Source: Gammaproteobacteria bacterium (lineage in GTDB: Bacteria > Pseudomonadota > Gammaproteobacteria > Tenderiales > Tenderiaceae). Taken from it: 64,000 nt of DNA. Each line of letters opens with the position of its first letter. The stretch's first letter is position 1. Location of the stretch: NCBI GenBank assembly GCA_021731365.1, contig JAKFXL010000003.1, positions 69,234-133,233 on the forward strand, in the 5' to 3' direction. Positions 54,278 through 64,000 of this stretch are shown here, piece after piece. The notes under the pieces were generated by a model that saw nothing but the letters and a program-made list of their open reading frames with translations, did no database searches and was not told where the DNA came from. The translations under genes were made by a program, and so were the position numbers.

Positions 54278-55558
54278 ATGACCCGTTCACACGATCTTTT
54301 TCAGGCTGCCCAGAAACATATTCCCGGTGGCGTTAACTCTCCGGTTCGCGCCTTTCGTGGTGTCGGTGGTGATCCCATCTTCTTCAAGCGCGGCGAAGGC
54401 CCCTACCTGTTTGATGAAGATGACAAACAGTACATCGACTACGTCGGCTCGTGGGGACCAGCTATCCTCGGTCACGCCCACCCCAAGGTATTGGCGGCAG
54501 TAACAGCGGCGCTAAAAAATGGCCTCAGTTTTGGTGCCCCAACCGCCCTTGAAACCGAGCTGGCGGACCGGGTTTGCGAGATCATGCCTGCCATTGAGAT
54601 GATCCGCATGGTCAGCTCTGGCACCGAGGCGACCATGAGCGCCATCCGTCTGGCCCGTGGTTTTACTGGCCGTGACAAGATCGTCAAGTTCGAGGGGTGT
54701 TACCACGGCCACTCGGATTCACTACTGGTCAAGGCCGGCTCTGGTGCTTTGACCCTGGGTGTGCCTACCTCCCCCGGTGTACCAGTGGCGCTGGCGGAAC
54801 ATACCATCACCCTGGACTACAACAATCTTGATCAGGTACGCGATACCTTCGCCAAGGTGGGTGGCCAGATCGCCTGCATCATCGTTGAACCGGTGGCCGG
54901 TAACATGAACTGCATTCCGCCCAAGGCCGGTTTCCTTGAAGGGCTGCGTGAGATCTGCGACCAGTACGAAACTGTGCTGATCTTCGATGAGGTGATGACC
55001 GGCTTCCGTGTCGCCCTGGGCGGTGCTCAGGCCTATTACAACGTCAAACCCGATCTCACCACCCTCGGTAAGGTGATCGGTGGTGGTATGCCGGTGGGTG
55101 CCTTTGGCGGCCGTCGTGACATCATGTCGCAGATTGCACCACTCGGCCCGATCTATCAGGCTGGGACCTTGTCCGGCAACCCCATCGCCATGGCCGCCGG
55201 TCTGGCCAATCTGGAGGAGATCTCCAAACCCGGCTTCTACGAGAATCTGAACGCCATGACCGAGAAGCTGGTGCACGGCTTTGTCACCCGCGCCCACGCC
55301 TTCAACATCCCCATGACCAGCAATGTTGTCGGCGGCATGTTTGGCCTCTTTTTCAGCGCTGAGAAGAAGGTCGAAAACTACCAGCAGGCGACCCAGTGCG
55401 ATGTGGAGCGGTTCAAGAAGTTCTTCCACGCCATGTTGGATGAGGGGATCTATCTGGCACCGTCGGCCTACGAGGCGGGTTTTGTCTCATCCGCCCATAC
55501 CGACCGCGATATCAAAAATACCCTGATTGCGGCGGAGAAGGTTTTTTCCACCCTCTAA
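54278..55558 (+). CDS. hemL: Glutamate-1-semialdehyde 2,1-aminomutase
   Basis: [27 protein letters not shown] and [11 protein letters not shown], with the PLP lysine context [12 protein letters not shown] 54278 with GAAGGA upstream. Confidence 0.93.
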   Translation: MTRSHDLFQAAQKHIPGGVNSPVRAFRGVGGDPIFFKRGEGPYLFDEDDKQYIDYVGSWGPAILGHAHPKVLAAVTAALKNGLSFGAPTALETELADRVCEIMPAIEMIRMVSSGTEATMSAIRLARGFTGRDKIVKFEGCYHGHSDSLLVKAGSGALTLGVPTSPGVPVALAEHTITLDYNNLDQVRDTFAKVGGQIACIIVEPVAGNMNCIPPKAGFLEGLREICDQYETVLIFDEVMTGFRVALGGAQAYYNVKPDLTTLGKVIGGGMPVGAFGGRRDIMSQIAPLGPIYQAGTLSGNPIAMAAGLANLEEISKPGFYENLNAMTEKLVHGFVTRAHAFNIPMTSNVVGGMFGLFFSAEKKVENYQQATQCDVERFKKFFHAMLDEGIYLAPSAYEAGFVSSAHTDRDIKNTLIAAEKVFSTL

Positions 55559-55614
55559 CGCTGACAACAGCGGGGGATTGCACCCCCGCGCCACCTGCTT
55601 GAAAGGAATGCATC

Positions 55615-58356
55615 TTGTCTTGTAAGCAACCCTTATTAGTCGCCCTCCTGCTTGCCTCCAGCCTGAGCCCATCAGCCATGGCCGCGATTGAGATCACACC
55701 AACCACCGTCACCGTTGGCAAGGAGGCCACGTTTCAGTTACACGGGGTGGATGCCAAAACAATCCAGCAGATCAGCCTGCTGCCCGGTGGCCCCCATCTG
55801 CTGCAACAGCTGCCACTCACCCCCGGCAACCATGGCGACTACACCCTGATCAGCAAGGCCGACGGCCTGCACCTACTGCAACAGATGGGGCCGGAGCGCA
55901 TGGAAGCGGCCCACTTCGGCAACCACGCCGCAGCGGCGCACAGTGGCAATCAACAGCTACGCATCGAGAACGGCAATCAGCTGGCGCTCTACCCGGCCCA
56001 ACCGAAGCAGGCCAAGCCAATCAGCCGTTACCACGCCTCAGCACCGCTGCATGATCTGGTGGTGATCGATTCCCTGGCCATCCTCGCCAACGACAGGAAT
56101 GGCGTCACGGTGCTCGACATCAGTGACACCAAAAATCCACGCTGGCGCGGCAGCCACCAGAAGCTGGGGCGCATCGTGCGTGTGGTCGCCGCCGATGGCA
56201 AGGTGCTGGCGCTGAGCGACGGCGGCATTGTCTACCTCATCGATATCAACAACCCGGCGGAGCCAACCGTGGTCAACGCTTGGCGCAGCGCTACGGCTGT
56301 GCGTGACCTGGCCTGGTTTGACCAGAACGTCTATCTGCGTACCGACAACACCATCGACGTGATCGACTTCAGCGCCCCGATGCCGCAGATCAGCAACGAG
56401 GGGCTGAACTTTGGCCAGGGGGTCAACTTTGGTGGTGAGCGCCGCGTCTTCATCGCCAACAACATCGCCTATGTCGCCGACTGGTTCTCCGGCATCCACC
56501 TCTATGACATCAGCAACCCCAATCTGCCGCTACTGCTCTCCAGCTTTCACACCCCCGGCTCGCCCAAGGGCATGGTGGTGCGCGACAACATCGCCTATGT
56601 GCCCGATGATGACCATGGGCTACAGATCATCGACGTCAGCAACCCACGTGCGCCCAAGCTGATATCAAACATCCAGACCAGCGGTCTTGGCTACACACCT
56701 AGACTGGCAGGCGATCTGCTCTACCTTGCCAGCCATCGTGGCGGTTTTCAGATCATCGACGTCAGCAATCCTGCCAAACCGCAACAGCTGAGTGAGGTCG
56801 ATACCCCCGGCAAGGCGTGGTCACTGGAGATCCAGGGCGAGCGGCTCTATGTCGCCGATGACGATACCGGCCTGCTGATCTTTGATGTGAAGGATGCCAA
56901 AGCACCCAAACTGCTCGGCCAGTTCACACCGGGCACGGCGGCGGAAGAGGTGATGATCCGTGGCAATATCGCCTTTGTGGCCTTTTTTGATGACGGTATT
57001 TACATACTCGATATTACTGATCCAACCACACCCAAGGTGATCAGCCACACCGCACTACCCGGCAACAGCCGTGGCCTCGACCTGATTGGTGACAAACTCT
57101 ACGTCGCCAGCTGGCTGGCGGGGATTCATATTCTTGATATCAGCAATCTCAAAACGCCGCAGGTCGTCGGCAGCTTTGATACCCGGGGTGCCACCTGGGG
57201 GCTGAAGGTGGAGGGTGACAACCTCTTTGCCATGGATTGGTGGGGCGGCATTGCGGTGCTCGATGTCAGCGATCCTGCCGCCGTGCATGTGGTGGGGGAC
57301 TATCACGAGCGTGGTCGCGTGAATGACATTGCCACACAGGGCAATTACGCCTTTGTGGCCCAGGGCAGCAACGGTTTGCAGCTCTTCGATATCAACAATC
57401 CGCTCAACCCCACCTGGATCACCGGTGTTAACTTCCCCGGTGATGCCCGACGTATCGCCCTGGCAAATGGCCGCGCCTATCTGGCGATGGGGGATGGCGG
57501 TCTGGCGATTGCCGACATCAGCAACCCGTTTGAGGCGCGCTGGCTCAGTACCACGCCGACCGATGGCCGTGTTGTTGATGTGATTGTCGATCAGAGCCAC
57601 CTCTGGCTGCTCGATGAACTGCAAGGGGTGCTGCTCTATGAGATCAGCAATCCCAACCAGCCGCGCCAGCTGGCGCGCATCAACCTCAAGGCCAGTGCCA
57701 TCGCCCTGACCAGCCATGGTCTGATTGTCGCCAGCCACGATGGCCTGCACCGTTATGGTGTGGATGCCACTGGCAAGGTGGCAGCGCTGGGGTACCAGCC
57801 ACTCCCTGGTGAGACCGGGCCGCTGCTGGCGGTGGGCAATACCCTCTACGTTGGCCAGGGTGCCCAGCTGCTCCAGTTTGAGGTGAGTAAAACCGAGATC
57901 ACACTACAATCAGAACGGACACTGAGCCACGCCATTCACGCCATTGCCCACGCAGGAAAGACGCTAATCGTCAGCGCTGAGTACGAGGTGATGCGACTTG
58001 AACCAACAACGCTCAAGATTATCGAACATTATCCGATGTTAAACAGGGTTAATCGGCTGCGGCTCCATGAAGGGGTGCTCTACCTGAGCGGTGCCACCAC
58101 CATCACCGCACTACGGCTGCTGCCGTCTATCCACCTTAAAGAGGCGGCTGACGGCCGTTTTACACTGCCGGCAACAGTGGTGCCTGGCAGTTACCATCTC
58201 TACATTCGCTATCAGGATGGTACGGAGCAGCAGCTTAACAATGTAGTCAACGTGGTAATGCCAACATTCTCCAAACCAAAAATGAGTACAGATGCGTTTA
58301 AAAAGCTGTTAGAACTAAAAAGAGACGACCCTACGCTCTTCAGCGTGCCTCAATAA
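55615..58356 (+). CDS. Secreted LVIVD-repeat (beta-propeller) protein
   Basis: Signal peptide LLVALLLASSLSPSAMA. At least 13 copies of G-h-x-h-h-D-[IV]-S-[ND]-P-x-x-P spaced about 45 aa apart (for example GLQIIDVSNPRAPKL, GFQIIDVSNPAKPQQL). TTG start with AAGGA upstream. Confidence 0.75.
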   Translation: MSCKQPLLVALLLASSLSPSAMAAIEITPTTVTVGKEATFQLHGVDAKTIQQISLLPGGPHLLQQLPLTPGNHGDYTLISKADGLHLLQQMGPERMEAAHFGNHAAAAHSGNQQLRIENGNQLALYPAQPKQAKPISRYHASAPLHDLVVIDSLAILANDRNGVTVLDISDTKNPRWRGSHQKLGRIVRVVAADGKVLALSDGGIVYLIDINNPAEPTVVNAWRSATAVRDLAWFDQNVYLRTDNTIDVIDFSAPMPQISNEGLNFGQGVNFGGERRVFIANNIAYVADWFSGIHLYDISNPNLPLLLSSFHTPGSPKGMVVRDNIAYVPDDDHGLQIIDVSNPRAPKLISNIQTSGLGYTPRLAGDLLYLASHRGGFQIIDVSNPAKPQQLSEVDTPGKAWSLEIQGERLYVADDDTGLLIFDVKDAKAPKLLGQFTPGTAAEEVMIRGNIAFVAFFDDGIYILDITDPTTPKVISHTALPGNSRGLDLIGDKLYVASWLAGIHILDISNLKTPQVVGSFDTRGATWGLKVEGDNLFAMDWWGGIAVLDVSDPAAVHVVGDYHERGRVNDIATQGNYAFVAQGSNGLQLFDINNPLNPTWITGVNFPGDARRIALANGRAYLAMGDGGLAIADISNPFEARWLSTTPTDGRVVDVIVDQSHLWLLDELQGVLLYEISNPNQPRQLARINLKASAIALTSHGLIVASHDGLHRYGVDATGKVAALGYQPLPGETGPLLAVGNTLYVGQGAQLLQFEVSKTEITLQSERTLSHAIHAIAHAGKTLIVSAEYEVMRLEPTTLKIIEHYPMLNRVNRLRLHEGVLYLSGATTITALRLLPSIHLKEAADGRFTLPATVVPGSYHLYIRYQDGTEQQLNNVVNVVMPTFSKPKMSTDAFKKLLELKRDDPTLFSVPQ

Positions 58357-58493
58357 AGGGGCATCCATAGAGTAAAGTAATAATAAATAAGCGGGATGAT
58401 GAACAGCCCGCTGGTAAACTGAAAAGACCACGGACGGGAGTTGGCAATGCGGACCTGCCTCTTAGTTAAAAACAGATACGGTGTATTCCCAGA

Positions 58494-59438
58494 TTGATCA
58501 CCGCTACTCTAGTACGGCGACTTGTGAAAGGACTGGCAGTGGCCCTGTTTGGCCTGCTGATCGCTTTTGCATCTCAAGCCGCCACCCCACCCAAGCTGCT
58601 GGTGGTCTACCCCAAGATCAATCCGGCCTATGATCAAATATTCGATGAGATCATCGCTGGTATCGCAGCCCACCCAAAAGCTGATTACGCCACCTTGGTA
58701 ATACAACCATCCACAACCGCACAGGAGATCAGCCGCTACATCCGCCGCAACGATATTAGCGCCGTCATTGCGCTGGGCAAGCAGAGCTACGATCTTGTAC
58801 ATGTATTACAGAGTGAGATTCCTATCGTCCACGGCGGACTGCTGATCACACCCGGCGACCATAACGGTATCAGTCTGTTAGGGGCTCCTGAGCAGTTTTT
58901 CAACAAGCTCACCGATATCGCCCCCACCGTCAAACGGGTCTTTACCGTTTACAACGAGGAGAATAGTGGCTGGATCATCCGTCTGGCACAGCAGTCGGCA
59001 AAAAGTCGTGGTATTGAGTTAAAGGCCTATGCCGCTAACGATCTTCGTGAAGCCGTGCATAAATTTAAAACCATTCTCGAACAGGCCAATGGCCCCAGCG
59101 ATAGCGTCTGGCTACTGCTGGATAATATTTTGCCCGACAAGACCATTTTGCCCATGGCACTTGAAAGTGCCTGGCAGCGTAAATTTATACTTTTCTCCAA
59201 TAACCCCTCCCATAGCCGCCGTGGCGCGCTTTTTGCCCTCTTCCCTGATCACCAGCAGATGGGCAACAGTCTGGCCACACTGGCACTGGAAAAGGCAGCA
59301 GAGACCACCCCTCAGCGGCGGGTTATCCCGCTTAACGATCTTAAGATCTCACTTAACCGTCGTACTGCCGCGCACCTTGGGATTACCTACTCAAAAACCG
59401 TTGAGGAAGAGCTTGATGTGGTCTATCCGATACGATAA
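58494..59438 (+). CDS. Periplasmic ABC-type substrate-binding-like protein (orphan; likely sensor partner)
   Basis: Signal peptide (GLAVALFGLLIAFASQA) and a periplasmic-binding-protein-like alpha/beta pattern. No permease or ATPase genes adjacent. Start uncertain (TTG 58494 or GTG 58524). Confidence 0.6.
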   Translation: MITATLVRRLVKGLAVALFGLLIAFASQAATPPKLLVVYPKINPAYDQIFDEIIAGIAAHPKADYATLVIQPSTTAQEISRYIRRNDISAVIALGKQSYDLVHVLQSEIPIVHGGLLITPGDHNGISLLGAPEQFFNKLTDIAPTVKRVFTVYNEENSGWIIRLAQQSAKSRGIELKAYAANDLREAVHKFKTILEQANGPSDSVWLLLDNILPDKTILPMALESAWQRKFILFSNNPSHSRRGALFALFPDHQQMGNSLATLALEKAAETTPQRRVIPLNDLKISLNRRTAAHLGITYSKTVEEELDVVYPIR

Positions 59439-59448
59439 TGGCTGATCA

Positions 59449-61026
59449 ATGCGCCCCATGAATATAAACAAGCGATCACACAGCAGCTTTCGCAGGCAGC
59501 TCACCACTACCTTCACCCTCGGTATTTTTGCGCTGGCGATTGGCACCTCATTGACCACCGCCTGGATCACCTCCTCCAACGTGTATGATCAGATGGTAGA
59601 AGATGGACTTCAGGTAACCAACAGTGTCGCCCAGCGGTCGGTATTATCACTGCTCTACGGCAGCGGCGACAATGCTGAAGAGGCATTAAGTGCTGCATTG
59701 GGGTTTCCCTCCATCAGCCAGGTCACGCTACTCACCCACAGCGGCAACGTGCTACTCAAAAAAGGGTTCAGCCTGACCAAATTGCCCAAGCTCTCCGGCG
59801 AACAAAAAACCGCAATACTGGCAGAGGAGAATGGTGCTGAGTGGATATTTATCGCGCCGGTCTACAGTGACAGTCAGATTGAGTCCAACGACAGCGCTAT
59901 TTCACTGGCACAACCCGATAACAGCCCTCCTGAGCTATTGGGCAGCGTTGTGGTTATTAAAAGCAAAACCAAACTCGGACAGACCGTTACCGCCACCTTT
60001 GCCAATAATCTTGGCATCACCATCCTGATCGCCATTATCCTGCTGCTCATAGTTCAGCGCAGCTTTTCACGCCTCACCCAACCGCTGTCAGCGTTGGCGA
60101 AGGTGATGGAGCGGGCCGAAAATGGTGATACACAAAGCTATGCCGCCTTGCAAGGACCCACCGAGGTACATAACATTGGCCGCGCCTTCAACAAGATGAT
60201 GGAGGCCCTGGCCGAACGCGACACCCGTTTACGGCAGCACAATGAAATGCTCGAACATGAGGTCAACCAACGGACTCAGGAGCTGGTCTACACCCGCGAT
60301 TTAGCGGTGCAAGCCAACCAGAATAAGTCTGACTTTCTCTCCCGCGTCAGCCACGAGCTCCGTACCCCGTTACAGTCGATCCTCGGTTACAGCGACCTGA
60401 TCCTTGAGGATCTGCCCACCGAGATGGGCGAAACCCGCCGCGATCTGGAGACCATTACTGCCAATGCTACCCACCTATTAGCCATGATCAACTCCATACT
60501 TGACATGTCCAAACTGGAGTCAGGGCAAATGACACTGCAACCGTCACCCACCAACATCCGCCTGCTGATCAGCGGAGTGATGGAGACGATTACGCCGCTG
60601 ATCAAAAACAACCACAACCAGCTTGAAACAACACTCCAGCTGCAACCGGAACTGCTGGTAATAGACGAAGCAAAACTACGACAGATCCTGCTCAACCTGC
60701 TGAGCAATGCCACCAAGTTCACCCAACATGGCCTCATACAGCTCACCGTGACGCAGAGTGCCAAAATGTTGCAACTGATCATCAGGGATAATGGCATTGG
60801 CATGCCAGAAAGCCAGATCGAACATATCTTTGACCCCTTTTATCAGGTTGAAAGCAGCATCACCCGCCGCTTTGAGGGGACTGGACTGGGATTAGCAATC
60901 ACCCATCAGTTTTGCACACTGATGGGGGGGACCATACGTGTCACCAGTGCACCCGAACAAGGATCAACGTTTACCGTATCAATCCCAATATTTCTTAATG
61001 AAAACCGGGGCAGTGCCGATAGGTAG
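59449..61026 (+). CDS. Membrane sensor histidine kinase (periplasmic domain-HAMP-HisKA-HATPase)
   Basis: Two transmembrane segments flank a ~150-aa loop. H-box SHELRTPLQSILGYS, N-box LLNLLSNATKF, G-boxes DNGIGM and GTGLGLAI. Confidence 0.88.
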   Translation: MRPMNINKRSHSSFRRQLTTTFTLGIFALAIGTSLTTAWITSSNVYDQMVEDGLQVTNSVAQRSVLSLLYGSGDNAEEALSAALGFPSISQVTLLTHSGNVLLKKGFSLTKLPKLSGEQKTAILAEENGAEWIFIAPVYSDSQIESNDSAISLAQPDNSPPELLGSVVVIKSKTKLGQTVTATFANNLGITILIAIILLLIVQRSFSRLTQPLSALAKVMERAENGDTQSYAALQGPTEVHNIGRAFNKMMEALAERDTRLRQHNEMLEHEVNQRTQELVYTRDLAVQANQNKSDFLSRVSHELRTPLQSILGYSDLILEDLPTEMGETRRDLETITANATHLLAMINSILDMSKLESGQMTLQPSPTNIRLLISGVMETITPLIKNNHNQLETTLQLQPELLVIDEAKLRQILLNLLSNATKFTQHGLIQLTVTQSAKMLQLIIRDNGIGMPESQIEHIFDPFYQVESSITRRFEGTGLGLAITHQFCTLMGGTIRVTSAPEQGSTFTVSIPIFLNENRGSADR

Positions 61027-61097
61027 GGCACCCTATATACCTAATGGACTGTCTATCCTGCCCCAATACAGTCTTATAACCACAAGGGAGTGTTGGT

Positions 61098-63587
61098 TTG
61101 TTCAGCAAACAGATATTAATATTTACCCCCAACGTTGATCAGAGCGCCACGCTGATGGCAACGTTGCACGCGGCGGGTTACACCGAGCTATCCGAAGCCG
61201 CCACCACCAAAGAGGCCTTCGATACCCTAAGTTACAAACAGATTGACATCATCATCTGCGATGTCGATCTGGGCAAGCTGGATGGCTGGCGCTTTGCACG
61301 GCTGGTTCGTTCCGGTGCATTAACCATATCGGCCAACACCCCCATCATCATCGTCTCCAGCATCCATAGCGAGCGTATCGCCGCCGCCACCTGTCACGCC
61401 TTTGAAGTTAACCGCTTTCTCCCATTCCAGGCGCAGGCAACTCTGCCTGCCGTGCTTGATGAGATATTCCGCTCCAGCAACAGCAGCGGTACCCCCAGGG
61501 CCTCCCTGCTGGTGGTTGAGGATTATTTAGATACAGTGGAACTGGTCAAACGTGTACTCAGCCACCGCTTTGACATCGAAGTGACCATCACCGGTAAAGC
61601 GGGATTGGAGGCGTGGCTGGCGCGACGCCATGACCTTGTGCTACTCGATGTCATGCTGCCGGAGATGTCTGGCCGCGAAGTACTGCAGGAGATCATGAAA
61701 GTTAACCCGGCACAGTCGGTTGTCATGATGACCGCCCGCTCCTCACCCGAACGTGCTGGCGAACTGATCCTCGATGGTGCGGTTGACTTTATCTCCAAAC
61801 CTTTTCGTACCGAACAGTTGCGACGTGTCTGTGAAATCGCCGTACAGCGTGAAGATTTTCTGGTCAGCAACCGCGAATTTGCCCAAAATCAAGAAGCGCT
61901 GTTCCACGAAAAAGAGCTGGCGCAAGTCACACTGCACTCCATTGCCGAAGGTGTCATCACCACCGATCTTAGCGGCACCATTGAGTACATGAACCCGGTC
62001 GCAGAACGGATCTCCGGCTGGACGCTGAGCGATGCCACCGGTAAACACGTACACGAAATACTGCATGGCACCAGCGACTCAACCGCCACGGAAAGCAATG
62101 ACCCCGCCACCAGCTGTCTTGAATCAAGCCGTCCTGTCTACGGTGCAAAACAGCTCACCTTTATCAACCACGATAACCGGCAGCTCAAGCTGGATCACGT
62201 CACCTCTCCCATACGTAACCGCCAGAATGAGATCATCGGTGCCGTCATGGTCTTCCGCGACATCACCCATACCGATCAGCTGGAAAAACGGCTCGAGTAC
62301 CAGGCCAAACATGACCTGCTCACCGGTCTGACCAACCGCACCACCTTTGAAGAACGGCTACGTGTGGTACTGGAAGAGCAGCGGCACCAAGATGTCGAAT
62401 ATGCACTCTGTTATATCGATCTCGACCAGTTCAAAGTGATCAACGATACCTGCGGCCACATTGCCGGCGACCAGCTGCTGCGCCAGATCAAAAACATCAT
62501 CCTCGGCAAAATCCGTCGCCATCACGACACCCTCGCCCGATTTGGAGGCGACGAATTTGTGCTGCTGCTTGAAGAGTGCTCTGCTGAGTCCGCCGTTCGT
62601 ATCGCCCAGGTGATCTGCGATGCCATTCAGGCACACCGCTTTGTCTACGACAACAACACCTTCGCCGTCGGTGCCAGTGTTGGGGTCGTTCCCATCACCT
62701 GCGACACACTGAGTGTCAACGAAGCACTCAGCATGGCTGACAACGCCTGCTACATCGCCAAAGAGCGCGGGCGTGGCCGTATACACCTTTACCATGTAGA
62801 CGACCAGGAGCTGATAAAACGGCGCAGCGAAATGCACGTTGTCTCAAAGATCAACCACGCCTTTGAACATGATGGCTTTGCACTCTTCTACCAGACCATT
62901 CTGGAGCTTAAAGGGGAATACCCCTACCCAAGCCACATTGAAATATTGCTGCGAATGAAAGACTCCGATGGCAACTGGATCTCCCCCGCACTGTTTCTGC
63001 CCGCTGCGGAGCGTTACAACATCGCCACCAAAATAGACCGCTGGGTCCTGGATGCAACCCTAAGTTGGTTTGCTCAAAATCCCGCCGGTTTAGACCGGCT
63101 GCAGACCTGCTCTATCAACCTGTCCGGTCTCACCCTGGGTGATGAAAGTTTTGTCAATTTTATCAGCCAGACATTCGCAAAATATAAGTTGCCGCCGACA
63201 AAATTCTGTTTTGAAATCACCGAAACAGCCGCCATCCACAATCTTCAAGAGGCGATACAGTTCATTGTTAACATCAAAAAACTGGGCTGCTCATTTGCAC
63301 TCGATGACTTTGGCAGTGGCATGTCATCCTATGCCTACCTCAAAAACCTGCCCGTTGATTACCTCAAAATTGATGGCATGTTTATCAAAGGCATCATGGA
63401 GGATCAGATCGACCACGCCATGGTCAAATCAATCAACGACATCGGCCATGTCTTTGGCCTGAAAACCATCGCCGAATATGTTGAAAATGAGGCCATCATG
63501 AACGAGCTGAAAATTATTGGTGTCGATTTCCTGCAAGGTTATGCCATCAGCAAACCCGTGAGCATCGCAACACTCCTGACCACATAA
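61098..63587 (+). CDS. Response regulator: degenerate REC + canonical REC + PAS + GGDEF + EAL
   Basis: REC2 has ED...D...T...K (LLVVEDY, LLDVMLP, MMTARS, SKPF). REC1 lacks the acidic pair and the Lys. PAS follows (GVITTDLSGTIEYMNP), then RFGGDEF, FEITET and DDFGSGMSSY. TTG start with AGGGAG upstream. Confidence 0.88.
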   Translation: MFSKQILIFTPNVDQSATLMATLHAAGYTELSEAATTKEAFDTLSYKQIDIIICDVDLGKLDGWRFARLVRSGALTISANTPIIIVSSIHSERIAAATCHAFEVNRFLPFQAQATLPAVLDEIFRSSNSSGTPRASLLVVEDYLDTVELVKRVLSHRFDIEVTITGKAGLEAWLARRHDLVLLDVMLPEMSGREVLQEIMKVNPAQSVVMMTARSSPERAGELILDGAVDFISKPFRTEQLRRVCEIAVQREDFLVSNREFAQNQEALFHEKELAQVTLHSIAEGVITTDLSGTIEYMNPVAERISGWTLSDATGKHVHEILHGTSDSTATESNDPATSCLESSRPVYGAKQLTFINHDNRQLKLDHVTSPIRNRQNEIIGAVMVFRDITHTDQLEKRLEYQAKHDLLTGLTNRTTFEERLRVVLEEQRHQDVEYALCYIDLDQFKVINDTCGHIAGDQLLRQIKNIILGKIRRHHDTLARFGGDEFVLLLEECSAESAVRIAQVICDAIQAHRFVYDNNTFAVGASVGVVPITCDTLSVNEALSMADNACYIAKERGRGRIHLYHVDDQELIKRRSEMHVVSKINHAFEHDGFALFYQTILELKGEYPYPSHIEILLRMKDSDGNWISPALFLPAAERYNIATKIDRWVLDATLSWFAQNPAGLDRLQTCSINLSGLTLGDESFVNFISQTFAKYKLPPTKFCFEITETAAIHNLQEAIQFIVNIKKLGCSFALDDFGSGMSSYAYLKNLPVDYLKIDGMFIKGIMEDQIDHAMVKSINDIGHVFGLKTIAEYVENEAIMNELKIIGVDFLQGYAISKPVSIATLLTT

Positions 63588-63608
63588 CCGCAAAAGCAGC
63601 ACACCTGT

Positions 63609-64000
63609 TTAAGGCACAGCCCGCGCTGGCTTGCCCGTATATTCGATATCGTCACAACGTAACGGTAAAAACGCCTCGGGCGGGCGGTCCCGTGTATCGA
63701 TGTAACAGGCGGTGACGCCGCTGGTAACTAGCACAGCAAATATTCGATAAACCTCTTCAGCCGTATAACCCTGATCGGAGAGAAAGGCGGACATATAGCC
63801 GTTGATGTTCATGCTCTCATCAAAGTCCCGCAGCAACACCTTTTCGATTTGATAGGCGAGTTGCAGATGGTCGCCATCGGGCAATCCCCACTCTTTCTGA
63901 ACCCGCTTCATGGCAACCACCCGCTCATCCCCTTTGGCGACTGGACGGGCGTAACCCATGATGTGGGGTTTGCCACGATGTTTGGCACACTCCTTTTTTA
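63609..64000 (-). CDS. Citrate synthase-like / citryl-CoA lyase family protein (C-terminal part; 5' end lies outside the window)
   Basis: The frame stays open to the window edge (...KKECAKHRGKPHIMGYARPV...). The C-terminal pattern resembles short citrate-synthase-fold proteins. Confidence 0.5.
   Translation of the reverse strand, partial: KKECAKHRGKPHIMGYARPVAKGDERVVAMKRVQKEWGLPDGDHLQLAYQIEKVLLRDFDESMNINGYMSAFLSDQGYTAEEVYRIFAVLVTSGVTACYIDTRDRPPEAFLPLRCDDIEYTGKPARAVP

Noticed and set aside
54722-57750. Minus-strand ORFs of 153-235 aa (54722-55429, 56038-56499, 57055-57750)
   Set aside because: They are antisense to hemL and the LVIVD-repeat gene. The repeat periodicity and enzyme motifs are on the plus strand only.

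Overview
This window looks like a gammaproteobacterial chromosome segment of mid-50s % G+C (by eye), mostly housekeeping genes. One block follows the order I recall from Pseudomonas: ponA / pilMNOPQ-aroK-aroB-(AAA+SPOR)-gltB-gltD-hemE. Other core genes include ubiX-mpl, tal, gltA, malic enzyme, rpmE, glgP, rho-trxA, rhlB, mtnB, thiD-thiE-hemL and a c-type cytochrome. I saw no rRNA, tRNA, CRISPR array, integrase or transposase.

Two accessory insertions interrupt this core:
- **15407-18086 (minus strand):** a tightly packed four-gene operon. It encodes a MotA/ExbB-type proton-channel protein with a coiled-coil tail, then a MotB-like single-pass anchor carrying a vWA domain instead of a peptidoglycan-binding domain. 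These are followed by a Tae4-like cell-wall amidase with no signal peptide and a Cys-rich lipoprotein that may be its immunity protein. No type VI secretion genes are nearby. The last two genes are much more AT-rich than the first two. This is my best candidate for an undescribed system, either Zorya-like or a stator-driven cell-wall effector.
- **7184-8905:** an AT-rich single-gene island encoding an OLD-family ABC-ATPase/Toprim nuclease, bracketed by REP-like palindromic elements.

Other notable items:
- Fusion or coupled genes: DedA-PAP2 with an overlapping dgkA, persulfide dioxygenase-rhodanese, and MobB-CWC.
- A dGTPase-like gene plus a mini WGR gene inserted into the aroB/gltB block.
- A 913-aa LVIVD-repeat secreted protein next to a binding-protein/histidine-kinase/dual-REC-PAS-GGDEF-EAL module.
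- Several intrinsic terminators, including an orphan one upstream of the cytochrome c gene.

All product calls rest on motifs I read in the supplied translations. No database search was run.
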